This document shows, in pieces, positions 48,281 to 58,126 of a stretch of DNA of 64,000 bases. The translations under genes and the position numbers were made by a program. Below the pieces are notes generated by a model. That model did not search any database. It was not told where the DNA came from and saw only the letters and a list, made by a program, of their open reading frames with translations. Positions within the stretch are counted from its first letter, which is position 1, and every line of letters starts with the position of its first letter. This stretch comes from Coleofasciculus sp. B1-GNL1-01 (GTDB lineage Bacteria; Cyanobacteriota; Cyanobacteriia; Cyanobacteriales; Coleofasciculaceae): assembly GCA_040220235.1 (NCBI GenBank), contig JAVJTO010000031.1. One strand, 5' to 3'.

Positions 48281-51200
48281 ATGAAATTCCCTTTTCATTT
48301 TATCAAAGGATTTTCCGCCCTGTTTAAGCGCGTTAACCTCTTACTCATCGCACTGATTGGAACTGGGTATTTAGGCAACTATTTCAGTCTATCCCTATTT
48401 TTTGGGGTGGACTTTTTATTTGGCAGTATTGCCGTCTTAATGGTGGTGTATTTTTATGGCATATTCTGGGGAACTTTAGCCGCCTTCATTGCCAGCAGTT
48501 ATACCTACACTCTTTGGGGACATCCCTACGCCATTCTTGTTTTTACCGGGGAAGCCCTGTTTATTAGCTTGCTGTTGCACCGTAAGACGGAAAATATGCT
48601 GCTTCTCGCTGGTATCTATTGGGTGCTGATTGGTATGCCTCTGGTTGGGTTATTTTATGGAGGCGTTTTAAATGTTGGGGCAACTCAAACCTGGTTGATT
48701 ATCTTGAAGCAATCAGTTAATAGTATCTTTAATGCCTTGGTTGCCACGCTAATTGTCACGAATTTGCCATTACAAAATTGGTTAACTATTCGACACCAAT
48801 CCAACCGACTTTCGCTTCAGCAGACGGTTTTTAATCTCTTTGTGGCTTTTGTCTTATTCCCGGTATTAATTTTAACAGTTTTTAACGGGCGGCAAATTCT
48901 CAACACTATTGAATCAGACATTCGTACTGAACTCAACGCCACATCTGCATCCCTCGCCGCCAACCTGAATTTTTGGTATCAGCAGCATTTACATGCAGTT
49001 GAGGAAATAGCTGAGATTGCCGCTCAATCTCCAGAGCAACCCTCGGATTTTTTACAGCAAAGTACCGAATTAATTAAACGCAGTTTTGCTGATTTTATTA
49101 AGGCTTATGTCACCGATACCAATGGCACAATAATTGCCGCTCAACCCCCGTTCAATCCAGACGGGGAATCAATCATCGGCTTGAATATTGCCAAACACTC
49201 GTTATTGGAGGAAACTGCCGCTAGTTTAAAGCCAATTCTTTCCGATGTACATATTGATGATGCGTATCCATTACCTCATGTCGGCTTAAGTGTGCCAGTC
49301 ATAGTCAATAATCGTTTTCGTGGTATTGCTTATGGCTCCTTAGATTTAAGTCACATTCAGGAATTTCTAAAACTGAATATCCAAGAACGGGGATTACAAA
49401 TAACATTGGTTGATCATCAAAATAACTTGATTGCCAGTACCCAGTCGAATGTGAGTATAATGGAACCCTTTGATCCGCGTCAAGGCGGTGAAATTCGTGC
49501 CATTGATGCTGATATTTTTCAGTGGTTACCCCAAGATCCTGGCACACCAATCATGGTGCGTTGGCGAAATTCTTTTCATATCCAAGAAGTCTCACTCGAT
49601 CCCGATCTTCCTTGGACGTTAATTCTTAAAATTCCGACTGCTCCTTACATTGATAACTTAGAAGTACTCTACCTGCAAAACCTGGCAACAACACTGCTGA
49701 TTATGGTCTTAGCATTGCTGGTTTCTGTCCTGTTAAGCCATCGATTAGTAAAACCTTTATTCAAATTAGCACAGGTAACAACTAACTTGCCCCAAAAACT
49801 TCTGGATAACACTGTTCCTGTTGATTGGTCTCAAAGCCGAGTCCGGGAAATTCATTCCCTGGTGAGTAACTTTCAGTTGATGGCATCTGTCCTGACTCAG
49901 AAATTCCAGGAAATTAAACAGGCAAAAGAAACCTTAGAAGAACGGGTGCAAGAACGCACGCAAAAACTATCACTGATTAATGATGAACTTGCCATCGAAA
50001 TCAAAGAACGTAAACGGATAGAATCCCTATTACGGGAACGAGAAGAACGCTATGAACTAGCTGTTTCGGGGACAAATGATGGAATTTGGGACTGGGATAT
50101 CTTAACCAATGAGGTGTATTATTCTCCCGTCTGGATGCGGATTCTTGGCTATGAGGAGAATCCCTTGCCCAACCGTCTATCAAGCTGGTCTGATCATGTT
50201 TACCCGGATGATTTACATCAGGTAATCGAGGATATTAATCATCATTTAGCTGGGGAAACCAAGATTTATGAAAATATCCATCGCATCAAACATCGAGATG
50301 GGCATTATCTGTGGATTGCAGCGAAGGGGCGCTGTATTCGCGATCGCGACGGCAATCCCTACCGTCTTGTTGGCACTATTACTGATATTACGGAGAAAAA
50401 AATCGCCCAAGAACAACTTAAAGTGGCTAAAGAAGAAGCAGAAACAGCCAACCGTACCAAGAGTGATTTTCTAGCCATGATGAGTCACGAAATCCGCACG
50501 CCGATGAATGCGGTAATTGGTATGACTAGCCTACTACTGGATACGAAATTAACTGCCCAGCAGGGAGACTTTGTGGATGTCATCCGCAATAGTAGCGATG
50601 CGTTACTGACGATTATTAATGATATTCTGGATTTTTCTAAGATTGAGTCAGGCAATCTGACCTTAGAGGAACATCCGTTTAATTTACGTTCCTGTATTGA
50701 GGAATCGTTAGATCTGCTATCGTCTAAGGCAAGAGAGAAAGGAATTGAGTTAGCCTACTTAATGGACGCTCAAACACCTGAGATGATTAGGGGAGATGTG
50801 ACCCGATTGCGCCAAATTTTAGTGAATTTAGGCAGTAATGCGGTTAAGTTTACCGAAACCGGAGAGGTGGTGATTTCAGTAACCTCTACAGCCGAAATGC
50901 CGGATGATCAAATCGGTTTACAATTTGCGGTGCGTGACACAGGAATTGGCATTTCCCCAACCCAAATGGATCGGCTATTTAAACCCTTTAGCCAAGTCGA
51001 TGCGTCAACCACTCGTCAATATGGCGGTACAGGATTAGGATTAGCAATTAGCCAGCGACTGAGTGAACTAATGGGAGGCAGAATGTGGGTGGAAAGTCAA
51101 GAGGGTGTGGGTTCGACGTTTTATTTCACCGCGATCGCGACTCCAGTTTCCTCAGATTCAGAACCCGATAATCGAGAGCAAGTATTGACGGATAAACGCC

Positions 51201-52360
51201 TGTTGATTGTCGAAGATAATCCGGCGACTCGGCAAATGTTGACCGAACAAGCGCAATCCTTTGGTATACAAGTAGAAGCTACCGCCTCAACCACAGAAGC
51301 TTTAGGATGGTTAGACCAGGGAAAACGCTTTGATTTAGCGATTTTGGCATCCCAGATTCTCCAGATGGAGAATTGGGGTTTAATTACCCAAATTCGTCAG
51401 CATCCCCATTGCCAAAACTTACCCATAATCATGTTAGGATTGATCGGGCAAGTCGAGACACAGCCTGACACAGGATTGCCAAACCCCAGTCTGGCGATCG
51501 CCGGATATTTGCATAAACCGATTAAACAGTCCCAGTTGTACAATATCTTGGTCAATATCCTGACTCAGGAGGTAAGTTTACCCAGAAAGACTCGTTCCCA
51601 TTCATCCAAATATGACCCCACCTTTGCCCACAGATTCCCCTTGAAAATTCTCTTAGCGGAAGACAATGTGGTGAACCAAAAAGTGGCGGTTAATATGCTG
51701 AAGCGGTTGGGATATCGACCCGATAGTGTTGCCAATGGGTTAGAAGTCTTACAAGCGTTACACCGTCAATCCTACGATGTGGTACTCATGGATATCCAGA
51801 TGCCAGAAATGGATGGATTAACCGCAACACAACAGATTTGTCAGGAATTTTCAGGATCTGCCCGTCCTCGGATTATCGCCATGACAGCCAATGCCATGCA
51901 AGGCGATCGCGAAGAATGTTTGGCGGCGGGAATGGATGATTATATGAGTAAGCCTATTCATGTTGATGTTTTAAAACAGGTCTTGAGTCAATGTCAACCT
52001 CCGACAATGAAGCAGCCTACGAAACAGCCCGTTCTTGATCCAGGAGTGATGCAAACCTTGCAAGAAATGGCAGGAGATGAACTCAGCGAAGTTATTAATT
52101 GTTACTTACAAGAAGCGCCGGAATTGTTAGAATCCATACATGATGCCGTTAAGCAAAAAAATACTGAGTTGCTGTATCATAAAGCACACAGTCTCAAATC
52201 CAGCAGTCAGGCATTAGGAGTTTTCAAACTTGCCCAGCTTTGTCAACAATTAGAAGCCCTGGGACGGGCGGGTACAATAGGCGAAGCGGAACAGTTAGTC
52301 TTACAGGCAATTACGGAGTATCAACAGGTGAAGCAGGCGCTTGAGTGTGAAAGTCAGTAG
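48281..52360 (+). CDS. Hybrid sensor histidine kinase (multi-TM, Cache-like, PAS, HisKA, HATPase, 2 REC, Hpt)
   Basis: GIWDWD PAS, MSHEIRTPMN, NAVKFT, DTGIG, GGTGLGL, LMDIQMP, AHSLKSSS. Confidence 0.96.
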   Translation: MKFPFHFIKGFSALFKRVNLLLIALIGTGYLGNYFSLSLFFGVDFLFGSIAVLMVVYFYGIFWGTLAAFIASSYTYTLWGHPYAILVFTGEALFISLLLHRKTENMLLLAGIYWVLIGMPLVGLFYGGVLNVGATQTWLIILKQSVNSIFNALVATLIVTNLPLQNWLTIRHQSNRLSLQQTVFNLFVAFVLFPVLILTVFNGRQILNTIESDIRTELNATSASLAANLNFWYQQHLHAVEEIAEIAAQSPEQPSDFLQQSTELIKRSFADFIKAYVTDTNGTIIAAQPPFNPDGESIIGLNIAKHSLLEETAASLKPILSDVHIDDAYPLPHVGLSVPVIVNNRFRGIAYGSLDLSHIQEFLKLNIQERGLQITLVDHQNNLIASTQSNVSIMEPFDPRQGGEIRAIDADIFQWLPQDPGTPIMVRWRNSFHIQEVSLDPDLPWTLILKIPTAPYIDNLEVLYLQNLATTLLIMVLALLVSVLLSHRLVKPLFKLAQVTTNLPQKLLDNTVPVDWSQSRVREIHSLVSNFQLMASVLTQKFQEIKQAKETLEERVQERTQKLSLINDELAIEIKERKRIESLLREREERYELAVSGTNDGIWDWDILTNEVYYSPVWMRILGYEENPLPNRLSSWSDHVYPDDLHQVIEDINHHLAGETKIYENIHRIKHRDGHYLWIAAKGRCIRDRDGNPYRLVGTITDITEKKIAQEQLKVAKEEAETANRTKSDFLAMMSHEIRTPMNAVIGMTSLLLDTKLTAQQGDFVDVIRNSSDALLTIINDILDFSKIESGNLTLEEHPFNLRSCIEESLDLLSSKAREKGIELAYLMDAQTPEMIRGDVTRLRQILVNLGSNAVKFTETGEVVISVTSTAEMPDDQIGLQFAVRDTGIGISPTQMDRLFKPFSQVDASTTRQYGGTGLGLAISQRLSELMGGRMWVESQEGVGSTFYFTAIATPVSSDSEPDNREQVLTDKRLLIVEDNPATRQMLTEQAQSFGIQVEATASTTEALGWLDQGKRFDLAILASQILQMENWGLITQIRQHPHCQNLPIIMLGLIGQVETQPDTGLPNPSLAIAGYLHKPIKQSQLYNILVNILTQEVSLPRKTRSHSSKYDPTFAHRFPLKILLAEDNVVNQKVAVNMLKRLGYRPDSVANGLEVLQALHRQSYDVVLMDIQMPEMDGLTATQQICQEFSGSARPRIIAMTANAMQGDREECLAAGMDDYMSKPIHVDVLKQVLSQCQPPTMKQPTKQPVLDPGVMQTLQEMAGDELSEVINCYLQEAPELLESIHDAVKQKNTELLYHKAHSLKSSSQALGVFKLAQLCQQLEALGRAGTIGEAEQLVLQAITEYQQVKQALECESQ

Positions 52361-52472
52361 AGTGCAAGTGCAGTTAGGCTTCGCTCTTGTGACCCGACGT
52401 TGTAAACTTTTTGAGAAGTCGGTTAGCCACTTCCCTATCTGTTTCAACCTTCTGCTGTCTGCCCTCTGACTT

Positions 52473-53912
52473 GTGTTTAAAAAAATCGATAAATATCTGT
52501 TCAGTCGCCACCCTCAACCCCGCTTGCAAGGCGCTTGGAATTGCGCCCAAGTCGGATTTTTTATCTTTCCCTGGTTTCCTGCTTTGGGGGCTGTGGGTGT
52601 GGGTTTTGCCTTACTCGGAACCTGGTGGCAAGACTATCGCCGAATTATTCGGCGTCCTCTAAACTGGGGACTGGGAATCTTGAGTCTTTGGCTAATTTTC
52701 AGCGCCAGTCAAGCCTATAATCCCACCGAAGCATTCCTCGGTTTAGCCAATTTCTTGCCATTCTTAGCTTTTTTTGCGGCATTCAGTTCCTTAATTCAAA
52801 CACCAGCCCAGCTACGGCGTCTCGCCTGGATTCTGGTGATTCCTTCTGTACTGGTTGTGATTCTAGGTTTCGGGCAGTTATTTCTCGGTTGGGCGCATCC
52901 GCCGCAGTTTCCAGCCTTATTGGGTTGGGTATTAGAAGCAAAGGGAAATCCGCCAGGGCGCATGGCTTCTGTGTTCATGTACGCCAATATTCTGGCGGCT
53001 TATCTGCAAATTGTCTTTACTTTAGGGTTGGGACTATGGATTGAGATGTTTCAAGCTTGGCGAGCTGGGGGAGCTGGGGGAGCAGAGGGAGCAGAGGGAG
53101 CAGAGGGAGCCGGGGGTGTAGGGGCGGGTTTGACGGATAACTTATGGTGTCAAACCGATAACTTAACTAAACCCGCCCTTCCGGGGGAAGTTGGGGGAGT
53201 CCTCTTGTTTTTAACTGGAGTGGAAATTGCTAATGCGATCGCGATCATCCTCACTCATTCCCGAAATGCTTGGGGTGGGGTGATTGTAGTGGGTTTGGCT
53301 TTTGCACTTTATCAAGGCTGGCGCCCTTTGGTGGGGATAGTAGTCGCTGCGGCTATCGCTGTATTAGGAGCGGCGTTTAGTCCCTCACCGTTACGAGAAG
53401 GGTTGCGAATGATTGTTCCAGCTTACTTTTGGGCGCGACTTACCGATCAGCTTCATCCCGATCGCCCTGTGGCGTTGATGCGGATAACCCAATGGCGCTT
53501 TGCTTTGTCGCTGACTCAGCAGCGTCCTTGGACAGGTTGGGGATTGCGGAACTTTACGTTGCTTTACGAACAGCAGATGGATCTGTGGCTCGGTCATCCC
53601 CATAATCTGATGCTGATGTTGACGGCTGAAGTGGGTATTCCGGCGACAATTCTATTTTGTAGCTTAGTGGGTTGGATTTTAGGGCAAGGTGTTCTCTGGA
53701 TAAATCAAGCGCGATCGCTCTCAAGTCGCGATCGATTAATTGTCTTTAGTTATTTAGTCGCATTCGGCGGCTGTATCCTATTCAATATGCTGGATGTCAC
53801 ACTCTTTGATTTACGGGTGAATACCTTGGGGTGGCTACTTCTATCCGCGATCGCTGGTGTGGCTGCTTCTAAACCTAACAAAAACAAACTGGAACCCCTG
53901 ACAAGTGACTAA
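52473..53912 (+). CDS. O-antigen ligase family membrane protein (start uncertain)
   Basis: GRMASVFMYAN, LTHSRNAW, RPWTGWGLRNF, HPHNL. Confidence 0.9.
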   Translation: MFKKIDKYLFSRHPQPRLQGAWNCAQVGFFIFPWFPALGAVGVGFALLGTWWQDYRRIIRRPLNWGLGILSLWLIFSASQAYNPTEAFLGLANFLPFLAFFAAFSSLIQTPAQLRRLAWILVIPSVLVVILGFGQLFLGWAHPPQFPALLGWVLEAKGNPPGRMASVFMYANILAAYLQIVFTLGLGLWIEMFQAWRAGGAGGAEGAEGAEGAGGVGAGLTDNLWCQTDNLTKPALPGEVGGVLLFLTGVEIANAIAIILTHSRNAWGGVIVVGLAFALYQGWRPLVGIVVAAAIAVLGAAFSPSPLREGLRMIVPAYFWARLTDQLHPDRPVALMRITQWRFALSLTQQRPWTGWGLRNFTLLYEQQMDLWLGHPHNLMLMLTAEVGIPATILFCSLVGWILGQGVLWINQARSLSSRDRLIVFSYLVAFGGCILFNMLDVTLFDLRVNTLGWLLLSAIAGVAASKPNKNKLEPLTSD

Positions 53913-53952
53913 TGACGATAAGAAGCCGTTAACTTTAATTTTTCCCGCCTAG

Positions 53953-54327
53953 TTACAATTTTTCCAAATAGGTTAATAAATCAGCCATTTCCTGAGGACT
54001 CGGCTGAAACTTGGGCATCGGCGGGGTTTGACCACTAATCACCTGTTCAATCAGACCACTTGGGGATCTGTGTTTAGAAATATGCTGTAAGCTCGGTCCG
54101 ACCTTGCCATCGGCGTGCATACCATGACAATCCGCACAATTAATCTCAAAAATAGCTTGCCCTCGAACTGGATCACCGTTGAGGGACAAAACTTTCTGGA
54201 TATAGGGATCAGAAACTTGCAGCACCTGAAATCCGAAGATGCCGATGCCGATCACGAACAGTAGGGCGAGTACCACCATGATAATCCGCCGAACTAGGAC
54301 TTGAGGTTGGTCAAGCTGGTTCTCCAA
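53953..54327 (-). CDS. cytM: Cytochrome cM-like c-type cytochrome
   Basis: N-terminal TM, NCADCHG, VGPSL, GQTPPMPKF; divergent from petG; start uncertain. Confidence 0.85.
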   Translation of the reverse strand: MENQLDQPQVLVRRIIMVVLALLFVIGIGIFGFQVLQVSDPYIQKVLSLNGDPVRGQAIFEINCADCHGMHADGKVGPSLQHISKHRSPSGLIEQVISGQTPPMPKFQPSPQEMADLLTYLEKL

Positions 54328-54610
54328 GGGATCTCCTGCCACGTTGAGAATTTTTGAACAAAGTTGAACTGGACTCACACTGCAACACAGGTAGAGTTAC
54401 CCAGGAGGATATTAGTGTAACAGATTAGAAAGAAGTATGTCGATTCATAAACATAGCTTAAATTTTATGGACTGAGTACGCAAGCTGGAATCATAAATGT
54501 AGTGTAGCCAGCAGTAGGGAAGCGGTTGACTCCCAAATGAGTAGCGATTAGGTCATCTCAGCTAGTAGGATGAGAAACAAGCAAAAAAACTTAGTATTTG
54601 GAGAACGATC

Positions 54611-54724
54611 ATGGTTGAACCATTGCTGTCGGGAATTGTTCTAGGCTTAATCCCGGTTACCCTGGCTGGGTTATTTGTCGCAGCGTACCTACAATATAAG
54701 CGAGGGAACCAATTGGAATTGTAG
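54611..54724 (+). CDS. petG: Cytochrome b6f subunit V
   Basis: Hand translation [43 protein letters not shown]. Confidence 0.97.
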   Translation: MVEPLLSGIVLGLIPVTLAGLFVAAYLQYKRGNQLEL

Positions 54725-54881
54725 TAGAGACGTAGCATGCTACGTCTCTACACTCAGGGCGGGTTTGAGGTATGGTCATCATCAATCGCTTGCATGTAAT
54801 TCCCTCGCACCCGCCCCGACAAACTAGCTTCCCTGAGCGAAGTGAAGGATCACGCGCCATACCCTCGATTGCCGCGAAGGG

Positions 54882-55517
54882 TCAAAGCTTCCCCTTGAGG
54901 CGGTAAAATACTAAGGCGGTGTTGCCGTATACTTTCTGGCGGCAAATTTCCAGTGTAGAGACGTAGCTAGCTACGTCTCTACAGTCATAATTGTCTTTTA
55001 CCTTGCCACCTTCGTGCTTCTCTTCTGCCTTAAACGAGTCCTCTGGCTTCAACAGTTGCGGTGTCCAGTGTTTCGGGTTGTATTCCACCGCTAATTCACC
55101 CTGATCAGCCAGGAGTTGATAATGCGCGATCGCGTCTAGAACCGGATTGTACAAATCACTGGCGTAGGGGGGATCAAAGTAAATCCGGTCAAATTGCTGA
55201 TCAGCCAGCGTTTTTAATCGTCCCACCACATCTCCTCGTATTACCTGAAAGGTTTGCTCCGGTTGAGCCACTTGCCGCCAATTTTGTTGCATAATGGAGC
55301 AGGCTTTGCCTTTTATGTCAATGCCTACCACTAAAGATGCGCCGCGACAGAGTGCTTCAGCCCCCATAGCGCCTGTACCCGCACAGAGATCCAGCCAACG
55401 AGATTGGGCGATCGCACCTTGCCAGATGTTAAATACCGCCTCCCGTACCCGTGCTGATGTCGGGCGGGTTTCTAGTCCAGGTAAAGTTTTTAGCTGTCGG
55501 TTGCCATATATTCTCAT
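54882..55517 (-). CDS. rsmD: 16S rRNA m2G966 methyltransferase
   Basis: TRPTSARVREAVFNI, LDLCAGTG, FDPPY, YGNT. Confidence 0.95.
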   Translation of the reverse strand: MRIYGNRQLKTLPGLETRPTSARVREAVFNIWQGAIAQSRWLDLCAGTGAMGAEALCRGASLVVGIDIKGKACSIMQQNWRQVAQPEQTFQVIRGDVVGRLKTLADQQFDRIYFDPPYASDLYNPVLDAIAHYQLLADQGELAVEYNPKHWTPQLLKPEDSFKAEEKHEGGKVKDNYDCRDVASYVSTLEICRQKVYGNTALVFYRLKGKL

Positions 55518-55914
55518 GAATCATACCAAGTCCGGTAACATCGGTTGTGTATAGTGGGAAAAGGGTAGGGGGGTAGAAGGGTAAGTTTTTGTCCCAATAA
55601 CTACGGGTATGATAGACGAACTAAACAAAACGATATGATATCAATGATTATACCCTTGAATTAAGCCTTGAACTAAAGTTCAGGCTAAAAGCTTAAACCC
55701 GTTAAAACGGGTTGAAAAACTTACTCAATAAGCTCGATTCTTACTTTAGCTTTGATGCGGAAATTTATTTCCCAGCTATGGGAGTCAGCGCCATTTAGTT
55801 TAAGTCCAAGCTATTCCTGTTAAGCTGATGTGCATTTAAATTGGGTATTACCTATTCCCTGTTCTCAACCGTTAACGTTAATGAAAGTCTGACTACTTAA
55901 TTTATAAATCACTT

Positions 55915-56778
55915 ATGCAGTCCTACGAAATTGAAGCTCCTCCCTGGTGGGTACAACGCTGGATTGACTTACTCAATTCCTATCGCTTTAAAAAGCGCTT
56001 GGAACGCGCCCGCAAATACGCCAAGGAAGGCAATGTCCTCAGTATTGAGTTTGAAGATCCCCAGGTATTAGCACGGGTACAAGGAACAGAACCAGAACCC
56101 TATCAAGTTTCCCTATCGATTGACCCATTTACCGAGGAAGACTGGGGTTATGTGGTGGAAACGATGGCGCAAGAGGCTATTTATTCGGCTCAACTCTTAG
56201 CTGGAGAAATGCCGGAAAATATTGAGCAAGTGTTCACCGCTAATGGGTTGAGCCTATTTCCTTTCACGCTTTCGGATATTCATTCAAAATGTAGTTGCCC
56301 TGATCCCAAAAACCCCTGTAAACATATTGGGGCAATTTACTATCAATTAGGCGATCGCTTTAGTGAAGATCCCTTTGTCTTATTCCAGTTACGAGGACGT
56401 ACTAAAGCACAAATTCTGGATGATTTGCGTCATTTACGGAGTACAGGGACTGTAGAACTAAAACCTGATAAAAAAGCAGCGGTTGAGTCCCAATCCAGTC
56501 AATCCGCCGTTACATCCAGTCGGTTAGAGAACCAACCAAATGAGGGAGAAGCAGCCGTTGATACCCCAGTTAAACTTGAGCAATTCTGGCAATACGAAGA
56601 ACCTCTTGATCCCTCTCTGGTTGTCATTACTCCTCCTCCAGACAACCGTACTGTATTGGATGTCTTAGGGACAATCCCCTTAGCAGCGGCTGATAGTCGT
56701 GTCATGCAATATTTCCGGGAAGTTTATCAACTGGTTAGTCAACAGGCGATGATGTCTGCCCTGAATCGGGAAACTTAA
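55915..56778 (+). CDS. SWIM zinc-finger protein
   Basis: RLERARKYA, CSCPD..NPCKH, DPFVLFQLRG. Confidence 0.92.
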   Translation: MQSYEIEAPPWWVQRWIDLLNSYRFKKRLERARKYAKEGNVLSIEFEDPQVLARVQGTEPEPYQVSLSIDPFTEEDWGYVVETMAQEAIYSAQLLAGEMPENIEQVFTANGLSLFPFTLSDIHSKCSCPDPKNPCKHIGAIYYQLGDRFSEDPFVLFQLRGRTKAQILDDLRHLRSTGTVELKPDKKAAVESQSSQSAVTSSRLENQPNEGEAAVDTPVKLEQFWQYEEPLDPSLVVITPPPDNRTVLDVLGTIPLAAADSRVMQYFREVYQLVSQQAMMSALNRET

Positions 56779-56995
56779 TCCAAGAAGTCTCCAAGGCAGA
56801 AGGCTGAATTTGTTTTTTGTTTAGGGTAAGTAGGTTGGTGGAAATAAACTCAACATTGACATTAAGGTTTAAATGCCGAACAGCTTACCGACTTATCTGC
56901 TTTTTCATTTATTGGGAACGGGTTAGTATTTGCAGCCGCGCTGAACTACGGTTTTGGCTTAGGTTTATTGGTTGTGCAATCAGGAAAGGTCAGTT

Positions 56996-57760
56996 ATGTT
57001 AGGTGCGATTACTGGAGATATTGTTGGCTCAATTTATGAAGGACACAGTATCAAAACTAAAAAATTTGATCTGTTTAATCCGAGGCGTTATTTTACCGAT
57101 GACACGGTACTAACAATCGCCGTCGCTGATACCCTTCTCACGTCAGGAAATTACACTGAAAAACTCAAGGAATACTGTCGCCTGTATCCGAATGCTGGAT
57201 ATGGCATGAATTTTCGGGCGTGGGGAATATCAGATGATGCAGAACCTTACAATAGTTGGGGCAATGGTTCAGCGATGCGAGTTAGTCCGATTGGTTTTGC
57301 CTTTGATGATCTGGATACGGTGTTACAAGAAGCTAAACGCAGTGCAGAGGTTACTCATAATCATCCCGAAGGAATTAAAGGCGCACAAGCCACAGCCTCG
57401 GCTATTTTTTTAGCCCGGACAGGTCAAAGTAAGACCGAAATCAAGTCTTATGTTGAAACCACATTTAACTATGACTTAAATCAAACGATAGATCAGATTG
57501 CACCTGCAACAGTTTCTTGTCAGGGTTCTATTCCTCAGGCAATGATCGCTTTTCTTGAATCAACTGACTTTGAAGATGCTATTCGTAATGCTATTTTTAT
57601 CGGCGGGGATAGTGATACGCTTGCCTGTATTACAGGTGGGATTGCTCAAGCCTTTTATGGCGGTGTCCCCCAGGAAATAGCTCAACAAACATTAACTATT
57701 CTTGATCAGCGTCTCGGCGCGATCGCTGATCAGTTTAATTTAAAGTATTCAATTTCATAA
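56996..57760 (+). CDS. ADP-ribosylglycohydrolase family protein
   Basis: GAITGDIVGS, TDDT, GNGSAMRVSP, THNHPEG, GGDSDT. Confidence 0.95.
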   Translation: MLGAITGDIVGSIYEGHSIKTKKFDLFNPRRYFTDDTVLTIAVADTLLTSGNYTEKLKEYCRLYPNAGYGMNFRAWGISDDAEPYNSWGNGSAMRVSPIGFAFDDLDTVLQEAKRSAEVTHNHPEGIKGAQATASAIFLARTGQSKTEIKSYVETTFNYDLNQTIDQIAPATVSCQGSIPQAMIAFLESTDFEDAIRNAIFIGGDSDTLACITGGIAQAFYGGVPQEIAQQTLTILDQRLGAIADQFNLKYSIS

Positions 57761-58126
57761 GTTGCACCAATCACCAGCCAATCGGTTTTTGACTCCTCAT
57801 GCAATATCTGAGTAGAACACCAGTTCAGTAGGCTCATCTTTAATCTATTCTTCCCGAAAAATTTACCACTACTTCAATGACTTCCCAGCGCGACGCTGAT
57901 TGCAGCGTTTGCGTAAATTATCATAGAATATTAACTGTATTACTTGTTTTACATTGTCTTACGGCTTTGAGTGCCTTTCAGACTGCAACCTGAAAGATAG
58001 AAACCACTCATCACCGACTGCGAGCAAGTTGCCATTGTGAAACAGTGAGTCAGAACCCTTACTCCTTGCTGAGTAGATTGTCACGCTTTGTAGAGGAGCA
58101 TTTATCTGAACGATTTAAAATGAAAG

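Noticed and set aside
56996..57760. ADP-ribosylglycohydrolase as part of a toxin or defence pair
   Set aside because: No adjacent ADP-ribosyltransferase or other partner gene is visible
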